From contig JAYWIR010000169.1 of assembly GCA_036172245.1 (NCBI GenBank), positions 1 to 47,437 on the forward strand: a stretch of DNA of 47,437 nucleotides, given 5' to 3'. Below the pieces are notes generated by a model. The model was not told the origin of the DNA, searched no databases, and worked only from the letters and a program-made list of their open reading frames with translations. The position numbers and the translations under genes were made by a program. Positions 25,555 to 37,852 of the stretch are shown piece by piece; within the stretch, counting starts at the first letter, position 1, and each line of letters starts with the position of its first letter. Source of the stretch: Raillietiella orientalis (Eukaryota).

Positions 25555-26340
25555 GCTACCCGCATACGCCGGGATGTTTATTCAAACTCCTTCCGAAGTC
25601 ATAAGAGAACGTGGTACAATGCCCCACCAACTGCAAACATTCCGCCGGGACGCAGACCAGCCTGACTCTCCTCGGCAGTGGAAGGGGATGGGGGAAAAAA
25701 CAAAAAGAAAAATAAAACAATAAGACAAAAAAAAAAGAATTTGGAGGGCGGGGAAGGGATCACTGCCCACAGAGAGGACGGTCCATCCTTTGCAGGATGC
25801 CCTCGAGGTCCTCCTTTAATCCACCCAGCTGGGGCCATCCGGTAGCTCTCTGCAGGAAGCGAACAGCATACGGGATGACGTCCGTTGCGTTGGGATCTTC
25901 ATCTTCGGCTTCACTCCAGGCCACCACAACACCACGGATGCAGCAAAGTGCTTGCAGGGCTGCGGCTGGCGTCAGGGCATCTCAGAGAAGACTGTAAACT
26001 TCTCTAGGGGTTGCCGCCAACTGGTATTCCAAGGGTCTCCGCCATTTGGCCGTTGCGTAACAAGAGGGCCTGCTGCACAGATCACTTGCGAAAGAACAGC
26101 AGAAGCAGTCTCCACAAACGGATTCCTAGGAAGGAACACACTGTAGCCGGATTTCGACAATGATGGCAAGAGATGCCGACTGGGTGGCTGCTGTTAGTGA
26201 GACAGAGGAATGCCGCCGGACCGTCTGATGCAGAGACTGGCCACCTTGGAAAAGAGGAGCAGTGTTTGGATGGCTGCCTCATATGTGGGTGCCGGAAGCA
26301 ATACGCTGGGAACTCGGTTGGTGGTTCTAGTCCTACGGTG
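25555..26340 (-). mobile_element. Degenerate L1/Tx1 3' fragment with intact 3' terminus
   Basis: Reverse complement reads GAATAAACATCCCGGCGTATGCGGGT (~25558-25583), preceded by a T-rich 3' UTR and an ORF2 C-terminus (ALQALCCIRG..AGW..ILQR). Right boundary is approximate. Confidence 0.75.
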
Positions 26341-26615
26341 CAGCTTCCCTCTCTGCAAAGTGCGGGTCGGAGGTAACACGTTGAACCTCATGAGCTATGG
26401 ACCTATGAAAGTCGGATGGTGCCTTCCTCAGAAGATATCTGTAGAATGAAAAAAAATCACAAACGTTTGCTTCCTGAGATCCATAGAAAACCACAGGAAG
26501 ACGAGGGGGATGCTACCGTTTACAAGAATGCTGCAGAGTATGCTAAACGATCAACTTTGCTGTACCTTAAAACAAAAATGCTGAAGCTGTTTATTGACTT
26601 CTATCCTTGAAAGGG

Positions 26616-27911
26616 TCATAGAACTCTGCAGGAATAACAAAGGTTGAAGCTTCCTTGTATTCCTCGTGCGTTGTTATCCGTGTAGTAGAACAAGATCACG
26701 GCTTTACCTCGGTTGGAAACCACGGTGAGGCCGGCGGTGCTTGGACCTACGATCGTCAGGAGGTCGACGGGCGGAAGGTTCTGCCCATTTCTGCCGATCG
26801 AGACCTTCTCGTTGGTAAGAATGTTCACGTTAATCAAGGAGACGGTCACAAATTGGCAAGGAATCGACGGCTGCAAAGAGAATGGATTGCACCCTCAGAC
26901 CATCCTTTAATTCGAATTATGTAAGTCCATCGAGGCCGTCCCACCGCCCCCAAGCGATGCGAATTTGGAGAGCGAGTTTCAGCACGCAGGAGTGGAGCAA
27001 CGCGCGTCCGGAGCAACGAGGTTCCCGCCGGCATAAGGCCCGACGCGAGAACTCGTCGCTGGAAACCTAGGAAGCTTAAACTTTCTGTAAGCTGTCCCCC
27101 AGCTCAGTTGGAAAAACCCGCGCCGGTGCGAGGAGGCGTACGCTACTTCGCTCCAAGGGGCGTGCGAATCTCCGGCCAAGGGACATCCGGCGAGATTACC
27201 TGATTTCGGGTTAGCAAACACGCTCGGCACGTACCCGTATGAGGAAGGATAGCATTTGCTGTGGAACCGGCAGCTGCTGCACCAGGGAGCGGGAGATCGT
27301 TCTCGTCTGCCGGCGGAATTGGGACGAAACCTGGAACGCGTTGTTCACCTTACTCAACGTCAGCCGGAAGCCACGCGCGGCTACAGGCGCCTGGAATCTG
27401 ATCATCGTGGGTAGGAAGAGCTGCACGTTGGGGAAGGTAGGCAAATCTCCTCGAACCCCGACTCTGGAAGGGACTCCCTCCGGTTAACTGCTTTGGTGCC
27501 CGGGCGAGGTGCGTGTCTTGGCGGCGCCGGCGGTCCAGCTGGATCCAGCGAGCGCAAGGCGGCGCGGAATGGGTACACACAAATCTTACACTCTTTTGCG
27601 CAAGATGTCCTCCAAAGTGAGCATGCCACCTGCTCCTAGTACGAAGCGGTTATCAAAGCTCCCAAAGACGTTCTCAGGAGCTGTCCAGATGTTGGTTGGC
27701 TGGATGGAAGTTGTAGATAGTCCCCAGCAGCAACTCCGCTGTTTACCTGAAGACCCAAAGTGCAAGCCGTGTTCGCAGGAAAGTCGTTTGGGAAGTTGGG
27801 AGTGGAGAAGACAACGGTGTTGAATCTTCCTCCGACATTGGCGTTCAGAGTGCATCCACCAGTCAGACTTTGGACGATGAAACGATCTTGGAAAATAGTC
27901 TGGCCAGGCAC
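26616..27911 (-). pseudogene. Disrupted multi-CUB-domain protein fragment
   Basis: CUB-like motifs in separate frames: FSTPNFPNDFPANTACT (27636-27911), RFQAPVAARGFRLT (27211-27444), VILFYYTDNNARGIQGSF (26616-26876). No clean exon chain found. Confidence 0.55.
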
Positions 27912-30900
27912 GATGAAGTTTGTAGAGTTTCCGTTGCCTCGCAGGGAGTGCGTTCCTCTCTGGTCAGGTAGATACTGGTCGGCTCGACCCTGGAAGACTT
28001 TGCCTGCAGATAGCGAAGATGCGAGCCCTCCCGTCTTCTATCCCGGTATCATCGAAGCAATTCAGTATGAAGTGCGTAGTTTGCTCGAAGAGGGCAAAGT
28101 ATTGCAAGCGAAGCGATTCATTTTGCATCACCGGAATTGTTCCTGAGTGTAGTATTAGATGCTCCCTGATCTGTACAAGTGACTTTCTCCTTCCGCGATA
28201 TGGGAATATCAGGTCGCGAATCTCCCAGTGTAGGAATCGAGAAAGAGGCGGAAGGACCCTATCTGAGTGATCCGTAGGCACTCTGACATCCACCTTCCGT
28301 AATATGGAGGGTAAGTTATGTGCAGGTTTATAGACGCGCCAAGGAATAACTGAACGGCGCTAACTCTCAACCTCTTGGAACCTCATAGATCATGGAAACC
28401 GCGAAATGGAAGTGCAATGGAGCCTCGCATGGTTCGTTCAACGGGTTGTCCTCGTGGAGACGATTGCAGCTCCGCAAGAACGCGATGTGCCAACCACTTC
28501 ATTTCTCTGCATCCATTACGGAAGAAAGAAAACTCGAGGACGTGGCGTTGACGAAGGAGATTCTCCGTTCTTCTGTGTTTTCGCACTTCTCTCTAAATCA
28601 CGTCAGAAAAGAAAAATCAATGGATCTGCAGAGGATCTGAATTTAGAGCTCGAATCTGCAAATACATAGCTGGAGAGAAACCGATGATGCGAAACGGTGA
28701 CCATGTCTTCGAGAGCGCGTCTCTTCATCGGGGAGTCGTCCAGGGCAGCCGTCACCGCCACCTCGATCGAAAGCGTACTCGGCAAATCTCAGGCGTGGCA
28801 ACAAAGGATTTCAGCACAAATTAACGGAAACACTCAAATCTCAGATACCAAAAACAAGCATGAGAGGATTCCGAGAATCCATCGCTGAACCAGGAGGACC
28901 ATGTCGCCGCAGATCCACACAGCACCAGCTTCTTTGGTTTGCACACTGGTGAACTGACTTGCTCTTTACACCTGAAAACCTCGCAGAGATTTATAATTCT
29001 TTTGGAAACGTGGATAGCGTGTGAGAAAGCCGTTATAAGGCGAAACTCCTTCGCGACACGAGCCGCTGATGGTCGATTTTGGGTGGCATCAGTCGTCGGC
29101 TGACGTAGCAACTGAAGATTTGCCGCCTCCTCGAGAAGCGCACTCTTACTGCAGGAGATCACCTGACTGCTTTGCGTGGTGGCATTCGTAGGGCTCTCAG
29201 CAGCCCCTGCGCTTCCGTCTCGTTCGTACTCATCTGTTTTGAAATGGGAGCCGACGTCATCGCATATCTTGCTCTGCGAGGAGGACGTGATGTTTGGAAA
29301 CGTTATGCCGAAACCGTTCGTTTTCCGTTCTGCCTCTATTCGTCAGGCAACCTTCTGCGTTTTTTTCGTCTTAATCAGTTCAGAGTTTTTGCATAGCAGC
29401 CCCGGGCTTACTAGGTCATCCTCTTCACAAGCTTCTTCGTTGCGACGTGGTGTCCACCAAGCGTCCTCAGGGTGGGCAGGGTCCCGGCCGGCAGGACGAG
29501 GATCCACCGTCATTGCGTTGCGTCCACTGTACGAGGGTGGACGATATCCATTCTTCGAATGACTGCCACCTCACCGCCGGCACTTCGGCTTGTACGGGCT
29601 TCCGCGCATAGACAAGGCCCCACTGAAAATGGGGCTGTGGTTTCCTGGAGAAGACCAGTTCTGGGGAAAAGAAGGTTCTCCCTGTTCCTTCATCTTCGCC
29701 CTTCCGTGCAGGCTGCTGACGTGATGGAGCGCTCATGCCAACACACGAAGTAAAGAAGGAGAAGTGCTGCATGGCCAGCAGCAAGAGGAGAGCGATTTGC
29801 GCTCTCTTCTCGCGCGAAACCACAAATCCACGCGTCCCATGTACACCTTGAGCGCGCGCGCACTCCGGCTCTATCTGGGCTTTTTTAGGTAGACGCGTGG
29901 AGGCAGAAAGATTGTGAACGCCTGAACTCGCGCCTTACAAGCTCTGCAAGTCCAAAATTCCTGTTTTTCGTTGGCATCCTTTTGGGTCTCCCAGATCGGG
30001 AAACTCATTCCGCATTTTTCTCCTCCACAGCCTGTTCACAGTGGGGAATCGAAAGAAACGTAAAGCACCTTTCGCGAAATTCCAGGAATGCTTCGTGGAA
30101 TAGCGTACTATGTTGTGCTGACGATCGCTATGCAGATCCGAAAAACAGGAGATGCGCTCTGCTCTTTCCGATCAGCTAGGGTACCTCTCTTCTCTAACCA
30201 AGGAAACCTACGGAAAAGTGGGTAGCACGCGTCTGATCACCATGTCAACCGCTGATGCTCAGCTGCTGGAAAAACTGTGAGCTGAACGATCGGGAAGAGT
30301 GGCACCAATCATTTTGAACCCAGAGCGGGCCTTTGATGTACCCTGTGGAAGTGCGCAAGACCGAACTTCTCTTCGGCTAAACCTTGTTTCAGATGCGCTC
30401 CGGTGTGTAGGTGAGAAGAGATTTACGTCTTGGTACTCGAGTTGTGCTGATGTAGGACGAACGCGAGTCCTTTCAGTAATCATTCGACCCTCATATGGCA
30501 TCTCAGTGCGTTGACCAGGAGCTTCCTCTGTAGCTCCAGGAGCGCACGTGCTTCCTGGACAGTTTGAGGCGTTTCTGCGGCGCGGCGCGTTGATCAACGT
30601 CTCTTTCAGTAGGAAACTCGTCCATGGCGTACAAACACGGCACGAAAGGAAACACCAATGCGTGAGGGACAATAACCAAGGGACAAGGGACAAGACCCTG
30701 AGCAATAACCATGGCGTCGATGGTCATTGCAAGGGCATGCATCCGTTTGACGTGACTGCATCGACGAGCGCGTCAGGTGATTACGATCCCAGGCAGATTC
30801 GTGAACCCAGCCGTCGTTGAGCGTCATTTCATTTGGAAGAAAGTTGCCGTCAGTGCCATATGAATGCCATGACTCCGCTCGTGTAATTTCCATGCAATAC

Positions 30901-31014
30901 TTGTCGGCACCTCACGTCCGCGGAAGGCGTACGTGCCAATATTTCCTGGTGCAGGAAGATCCATCAGCAGCTGATCATTCCCGACGACTGCAATGACTTG
31001 CATTGAAGGGAAAA

Positions 31015-32180
31015 TGGAGTCTACTCTTCATATGGCCAACTGCATCCCCAAAGACACTCCGGCAGAAAAGCTGCGCAATTGCTTTCTAGGGTATAAGCCT
31101 GCGCCAGCCCTGCAAGTCGGAACGTGAGTCTCAGAAGCCGAAGAGACCCATATAACATCGGTGCGAGGGGGATAAACCGGTACTTAAGCAGAAGGAGGGC
31201 AGCGTGGAAACCCAGGATGGGAATCTGTCACGCCCGGATATCGCATTGTAGTTAACCCCCATGGAGGAGGGTCAGCAGCTGGTTGACGCACCGGCACTTC
31301 CGTTTATCAGTCGACCTCAAGAAAGGAGGGTGAACCGATACGAGAAGCGCCTCCCTTTCCCAGCGTCTCGCCTTATTCCTCCAGCCGCTAAAAGGGAAAA
31401 GGCGAAACGAGTGGAGAAATCCAAAGCGAAGGATAATAAAACTGGCCAGCCGAAGCAGCCAGCGAACGAAACTTCTTAACAGACGTCAGAGAAGAATCAT
31501 TCCAAAGACGTGGAAGAAGAGGGCTGGCAGCTTGTGAAGACCAAGAATGAAAAAAAAAATAGAATTTGAAAATGAGACGGAAAAAACTGCGGATTCGGAG
31601 AAGGCGTGGCCAGCAGCACAGTTTTTCTGCAGATTCGCATGTTTTCCAGACGCACTAAGGTTGAGCTTCTCGCTGAGAAAAATCAGAGGGCCAAGTGCCA
31701 GGTCTGGCAGTGCGGAGCAGCTTGCCTGCTGGACGACAAGGGCCAGGAATGCTCGGCCCCAGCCGAAGTACGCCGCATTGTGAGACGCTACTGCTCCTCC
31801 CTGTACGCGAAAGCCTCAAAGGACGACATTCTCTCGGAGATACTCCTGTCGCGAAAGGCGGAGACTCGCGCCAACTAAACAACTGGCGACCGATCACCTT
31901 GGTGAACTCGGTCGTCAAGTTGTTTTCCAAGCTGTGGGTCACGCGGCTAGGAAGTATCGCGGAATCTGTGGTGAGCCCGGAACAAACCTACGCGGTTCTT
32001 GGACGATCCATAGAGACGAACATCCTTTTCGTGAGTACCTGGATGCAGCTGCAGGAAGTCGTAGCGCGGAAAAGCCTGGCTGCAGCGAACGTCGCAGCTG
32101 CAGGCAAGAACAGGCGCCGACGGCAGGAGGAAACGCCAGGTGCCTTCGCGGTCGCACTAGACCTCCACAAGGCGTTCGAT
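31015..32180 (+). mobile_element. L1/Tx1-clade retrotransposon, copy H (ORF1 remnant joined to post-APE linker and RT N-terminus, ending at HKAFD)
   Basis: ORF1-like EEEGWQLVKTK (~31515), then GFGEGV..FLQIRMFSRR..LLDDKGQEC, NNWRPITLVN and AVALDLHKAFD ending at 32180. Left boundary is uncertain. Confidence 0.82.
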
Positions 32181-34288
32181 TTCCACCCGGATTTCGCCGA
32201 AGCGTTTATTGTAACAATAAACTTTAACAAAGACGTGCAGTGGCTGGACCATTGCTCCAGCCACGCACGAAGTAACACAGAGCCTGCCGGGTCACCGATT
32301 CGCAGACCGGTACGATCCACCACGGCAGCAGGGGAAGGGGTAAAAAACAGAAACCAAAACAAAAAGAAAAGAAAAAGTGGGAGGGTACGGGAAGGGATCA
32401 TAGTTGCTGGTGGGGCCGTTGCATCCTTTGCAGGATGCCGGCAAGCTCTTTCTGTATTGCTGAATCCAGGTGGGGCCATCTCGACGCTCTCCTCAGGAAC
32501 TGATAAGCTGGCTGGATGGCACCCTGGTCGCATTGTCCTCCCGTAGCCTTGCATCAGGCGGCGACGATCCCGCGAAGGCAGCACAAGGCTGCTAACGAGG
32601 CCGCTGGCCGAAGGGCGTCGGCAACAAAGAGGGCTTTCAGTACGTCCCTGGGGTTGTTGCAGGGGATTCCGATGGCCGCGGCAAAGCGGAACCAAAGAGG
32701 CCGAAGGGCAACACAATCCACAAGCAGGTGGGGGAAGGACTCCCGTTCCCCACACCTGACGCAATTGAGGTCCACCGCTCCCCAGGTCCAGTGGTATCGG
32801 CGGGCGTTGCAGGGGCGTCTGCAGTGCTGCAACAGAAGAGCCGACTCCTGCCATTTTAAGGGGAGGGTGGAGGTGTTCATCAGTACCAGGGGTTACTTCA
32901 AACGTTTAATGGGAACCTCGAGCAGCGCGCCCCAGCGCAGAAGTCCATTGGGAGGCGTACTCGGGGTGGCAGCGTCAGTTAGCTGACCTGTCTTCCACTT
33001 TCTTATCTTCTTCTCCTTCCCAGAGATTGTTACTGTAACCTCCCACTCCGCCGCAACATCGCTATCCAGATCTTCCATCAGGGAGGATAGCGCAGCAGCG
33101 AGGGGGGTTCTTCCTGCCCGCGCTCTCTTCTTTGGATCCTCCAGGATCTCGCGGAGCGTGCAACTTCTGTAAACCCCAAACAGGAACCTTCGTTCCTGTT
33201 GGGAGCGTTGCATGCCGAACTGTCCCCACGTTCCAACGGTTTCCTGCAACCAGGCACTACCGTTCAAAGGGCGACAGGTGACCAGTCCTGGGGTTTTTCG
33301 TGTCAGCGCAGCCAACTTGCGTAGCTGGAGTCCGCATCGGTTGACGCGACGATGGAATGCAAAAAACGACGTCAGTCCCGTCTTGCCGGTGGCTTGCTGG
33401 AGAAGGAGACGTGCATGGACGCACCAACAGATGCACCACAACTCTGGAACAAGTGCCGACAATCGGAACTGGAGCTGAAGCTCCAGCGGCTTAAATGTCA
33501 GGAGGCCGAGACCACCGTCCGGACGCGGAGCGCACAAGTCTTTTAAGCGGACACGGGCCCACCAGTTGCCCCAAAGAGCGATACAGAGGAGGTCCTTTGT
33601 CCGCTTTTTAATTCTCTCTGTGGGGGGGCAAACAAAAAGCAGGGGGCGGAGGAGAGGAGCCGCGAACGTGTTCCAAATCGCGGCCCGTTCAGGCAGGAAA
33701 AACCTGCCGCCTCGGAACGGGCCGATCGCCGTCTCGACTTTCTGGAGGCAGCTGGATCACGCTTCCGCAAGGGAGTAGTTCCTCAACGGCACACCAAGGT
33801 ACTTAGAGCACCTCGCCGTGGGGATCCATAGACAGACCCAGTACTTCTGCTCTGCCCACGCCGCAACTACTGGCACCACCGACGACTTCGCTCTGTTTAC
33901 CTGTAGCCCGGCTTCACGGCTAAGCAGATCGAAGAAGTCCTCGACTGCCGCTGCCGGGGTGGACATCGGCAACAAGATCAGAATATCGTCGGCATACGCT
34001 ACTACGGCGGGCGTGCCGGGGCACGAGCTCGGAAAGAGAGCCAAAGTCACCCTTTACGCTCTCAGCACCAACTCAAAGTAGGTGCTAAAGAGCAGGGGAC
34101 TGAGGCTCTCTCCGTGCCTTATGCCTTGTCGCACCGGCACGCCATACACCTTCTGACTGCTGAAAGAGATGGTAATCCTCGCGCTCCGCCAGCAAGAGCG
34201 CAGGTAGGAAATCAGGAAGGGTAAGAAGCATATGCGACCCTGGACCTTCAAGAGGAGTTCATGGTCTACACAGTCGAATGCCTTGTGC
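32181..34288 (-). mobile_element. L1/Tx1-clade retrotransposon, copy I (HKAFD to 3' end)
   Basis: Starts rc GCACAAGGCATTCGAC (34288). Contains YADD, KYLG and CVRCGERESFPHLLVDC. 3' end rc AATAAACGCTTCGGCGAAATCCGGGTGGAA (32181-32210). Confidence 0.9.
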
Positions 34289-36169
34289 GCTCTAGGGCGG
34301 ACGTGTTTTCTCGGTGCTCCTCGTGCCAGGAAGTCTCCCCCAGTTCAAGCGTCGTGTGGTTCGGTGGTCGATCAGGCAGCGATGCCTGACGCGACCACCA
34401 GGGATGGCCAGGGGGCGGCGGCAACGTCGCCCCCAGAGGTGATGGAGGTGGGGGCATCCGCCCCCGCAGAATCGGTTCCCGCTGCAGCGCGGGCGTGGAG
34501 CGCCGTTGTGTCGGCGCCATCGCCTGCAGCCGCGGCGGAATTGTCGGCCTATGTGGAGGAGGGGTACAACCCCTCATTGTTCTACAAGGTAGGCAATTTA
34601 TATTCTTTAGAGAGCGCGCGCGCCTTCTCGAAGGGCATGCGCGCTCTCGATGTGAAAGAGGAGGAGCTTAGCGCTATGACCATCTGCAGCGGGGGTCAGT
34701 ACGTTGAGGTCATCTGCAAGCATGCAGAGCTGGCCCAAAGACTGCTTAAAACACCCGTTGTGATGGGGACGCACAGGCTCCTCCTCACTACGGCGGAATG
34801 CAGCATGGTGGTCCACCTGTTAGACGTAACCGCGCGAATGCGCAAAGAACAGGTTCGCGCCGCTCTGGAACAATTTTGAACGGTCCGCGCGCAGTGGACG
34901 AAAGTAAGTCCTTTCGAGGACTACACGGGCTGCAACACGGCCTCACGGCTGCGCGCGTAAACGTTCGGGAGGGCTGAACTCTTCCCTACAAACTGGTGGT
35001 CGATGGCAAAACCGTCGACATATGGTATGTGGGGAAGCCGAAATATTGTGGCTTTTGCAATACGTCGGGCCACCTCAAAAAGAGGTGTCACAACGTGTAG
35101 TGCCAAGTATGCGGAACCAGGGACATACGAGGAAGGTGTGCCCTTAAGCAGCAGTGTGAGTGGTTTCCAAGAGAAACCTTAAAAAACGCGCCCGGCTGCT
35201 GAAGAAAAGGCTTGCGGCGAAAGCTGCCGCGAAGGCTGTGCTACCCGCGCCCAAGGCCCAGGTCGCACCCGAGACCCCGGAAAACAACGCCGAAAAAGTC
35301 GAGGGATCTGGCCAGGAGCCTGGGTGGCAGGTGTCAATGGCCAAAAAATCAAAGGAGAGAAGGTTGTAGAAAAAAATCGCCTACCAACAAAAGAAGAAAG
35401 AGCAGGGTAGCGCGAAAATTGAAGAGTGCAGCGTCGTCGTCGAACGCGTTCCCGAAGTTGCCGAACGCTGCCAGAAAGAACTCGCTGCTACCGACATCCA
35501 CCCCTCTGTTGACTCTGTCAACAGCGTGGGGAGCGTGCCGGCGGCGATATCCGTCATCGACATCACTATCAATGACAGCCTATGCGCAAACGGCGGCGGA
35601 TCTGGCTGCGTCGCTGCAGCCATCCCCCTCTAAGGCAAGTAAGAAGGCCGCAAGGCGTCCAGCCTCCCCTCAGGAGTCCCCCACTTCCGGCCCCGAGGCG
35701 GAGGCCGGAAGCGCAGCCTCCGTTTTCACGGCGCCCCGCAAGAAGGATGGACGTATGTCAGAAAAGCCGAGGAATATCGTCTTCCCCGTGGAAGGGGAAG
35801 AGATGACATCCGGAAGCGAGAATGCCATCAGCGTGGGAAACTCGCGGGACCCGTCGCCCGAGAGACTTCCACGCTAGGACACGGAGGGGATGGAGGGGTG
35901 GAGGCCAAACACGTGCCTCAGGTGCCTGAGAAGGCCGAAAGCCCCATGGACATCCCGCCCGCCTCGCAAGAGGCGTGCTCCCCCACACCTTTATCTTCCC
36001 AGGAGTAATGTCGGGAATCTCCCGCCATCGTCTGCGCATCGCCGTTTGGAAAGTGAACGGCATGACAGACGGCGGAAGGGGACGAGACATGGGCGCCCTT
36101 CTGGAATCCTTCGACCTTGCGCTGCCTCAGGAGATCCACGTGATCTCTACAGAACAAACGCAAGAGATT
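34289..36169 (+). mobile_element. L1/Tx1-clade retrotransposon, copy J (5' end, ORF1, spacer, APE N-terminus)
   Basis: 5' GCTCTAGGGCGGACGTGTTTTCTCGG. ORF1 is homologous to copy B and ends at 35877. ORF2 starts at ATG 36008 with LRIAVWKVNG..LPQEIH (APE N-terminus). Confidence 0.9.
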
Positions 36170-36657
36170 TCTCACCCGGTCACGACAAGGCGTTTATTTC
36201 ATATAAATTCAACAGAAACAATTATATAAAACAAACCAGTTAAGGACCATGCCTCCAACCGGCGACGGCACAAGTATCAAGAGTACATTGCTGGCACGCA
36301 TGCCAGAATAACACAGAACGGTTTGTGGGAACTGGGAGAACAAACAAACAAAAACAAAAGAGTAAGAAATCAACTGGCGACGCCGGGCAAGGGTCTTTGG
36401 GATCGCTCTGGTTTGCTCCGGGATAACAGTAATGGCACCATCTTTTAGCAGAGCAAGCGGGTAAAAGGTATGAATGGGCTTTAGGACGTCGTGGCCACCG
36501 GATTAAGCCGTTCCTAAAAGTCTGTAAACCGGCGGTGGATGCCGGCGATGTCATCTTTGACCTCGTCACGAAGATGAGACCACCTAGCAGCGCTTTTCAT
36601 GGATTCTGCTGCAAACCGGTGAGCCTCCTTTCGCTGCGCTGACAACTCCAGAGCGTT
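36170..36657 (-). mobile_element. L1/Tx1 3' terminal fragment, copy K
   Basis: Reverse complement encodes NALELS..AARWSHLRDEVKDDIAGIHRRF (compare copy A, GGIHRRF). 3' end rc AATAAACGCCTTGTCGTGACCGGGTGAGA. Confidence 0.85.
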
Positions 36658-37852
36658 TAAGCAGAGCGTGCACTTGACCCGTTCTCAGGAGGCGAGTTCG
36701 TCTTGCCGGAACGGGCCAGCATTCTGGAACACCTTCGTTGCCCATCTCCTCTGCCCCCTGTTTTTTGTTTGTTCACCCCCTCAGGAAGTCAAAGTCTCCG
36801 CGCAGAGCCTTCTACGCAAAGCGTTGTGGGGCGCTGCAACATCCCGTGTTAGACTTAAAGACTTGGTGGCGCCGCGTCAGGATGCAGGCTTGGGCATCCT
36901 CGACTTAAACAGCATCGAACTGCAGGTGCAGTTTCGCATGCTGCGGCTCTGTGCCAAGCTGTGGTGTACGCCGTGGTGCTTACCCGCACGCCTTATACTG
37001 AGGCGCTGCACGGGAAGCGAGGGACTGCTTTCGTTGCTACCCCACTTTCGGCACACCAGAATAGTGTTTGGCTTCCCGCTGAGGCAGCTGTCCTCACTGC
37101 TGGAAGCCCAATGTTGGATCTCCTGCTGCCCCGTGAACATCAATGCATGGCGGGAGGAATTTTTTTCATCGTGGGCAGCTTCCGAAGGAACGCGCTTGGA
37201 AGATCTTAGGAGCCTGCGACTTCTCCTCAGTCATCCAATGGACAAAGTCATGCAGGACAAGAAGAAGTGGGATCCTATGGCCTCTATATTACTCGCCGCA
37301 GCGCTGTCTGCCCTCAGGGCAAGCAACGACAGTTGCCTACCGGCGAATTAAGAGTTCTCCTGCTCAATAGCGAGAGTCAGTAAGCTTCTCGGCTGCTGGA
37401 CGACAAAGGAACTGGTGGAAACTGCCACTTCTCATAATCGGGCGAAGGGCCTGCTTCGGTGGAGTGAACATTTAAGTGTACCCCGCGAAGAGATAGTGGT
37501 CCCCATCGTTTGTTTGAACAGCTCCGTGTTCCCCCTAAAGTGGAAACAAGATGTGCTGCTATTTTTACATTGTGCATTACACTGTAATAGGCAGCGAAGC
37601 ATCGTTTCCGGGGGAGCTGCTTTGCCAAACTGTTTAAGGTGCGGAGAGATCGAATCTTTTCCGCACCTTTTGCTGGACTACGGTGACCTCCGTGAACTGT
37701 GGCGAAGGCTGATTTCAGCCATCCTGCCGCAGGGAGGAACTGCAATGATGTGCTGCGGCGCTTCTTCAGGAGGAATGGATTTTCGGTAGTCGCGATTGTC
37801 GCAACCATGTGTTGCATTCGCTCCATCGTGAAGGCCCGCTACGCCCTGGAGT
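36658..37852 (+). mobile_element. L1/Tx1 ORF2 C-terminal half, copy L (both ends broken)
   Basis: FWNTFVAHLL..LKDLVAPRQDAGLGI, CLRCGEIESFPHLL, ending at IVKARYALE. Confidence 0.88.
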
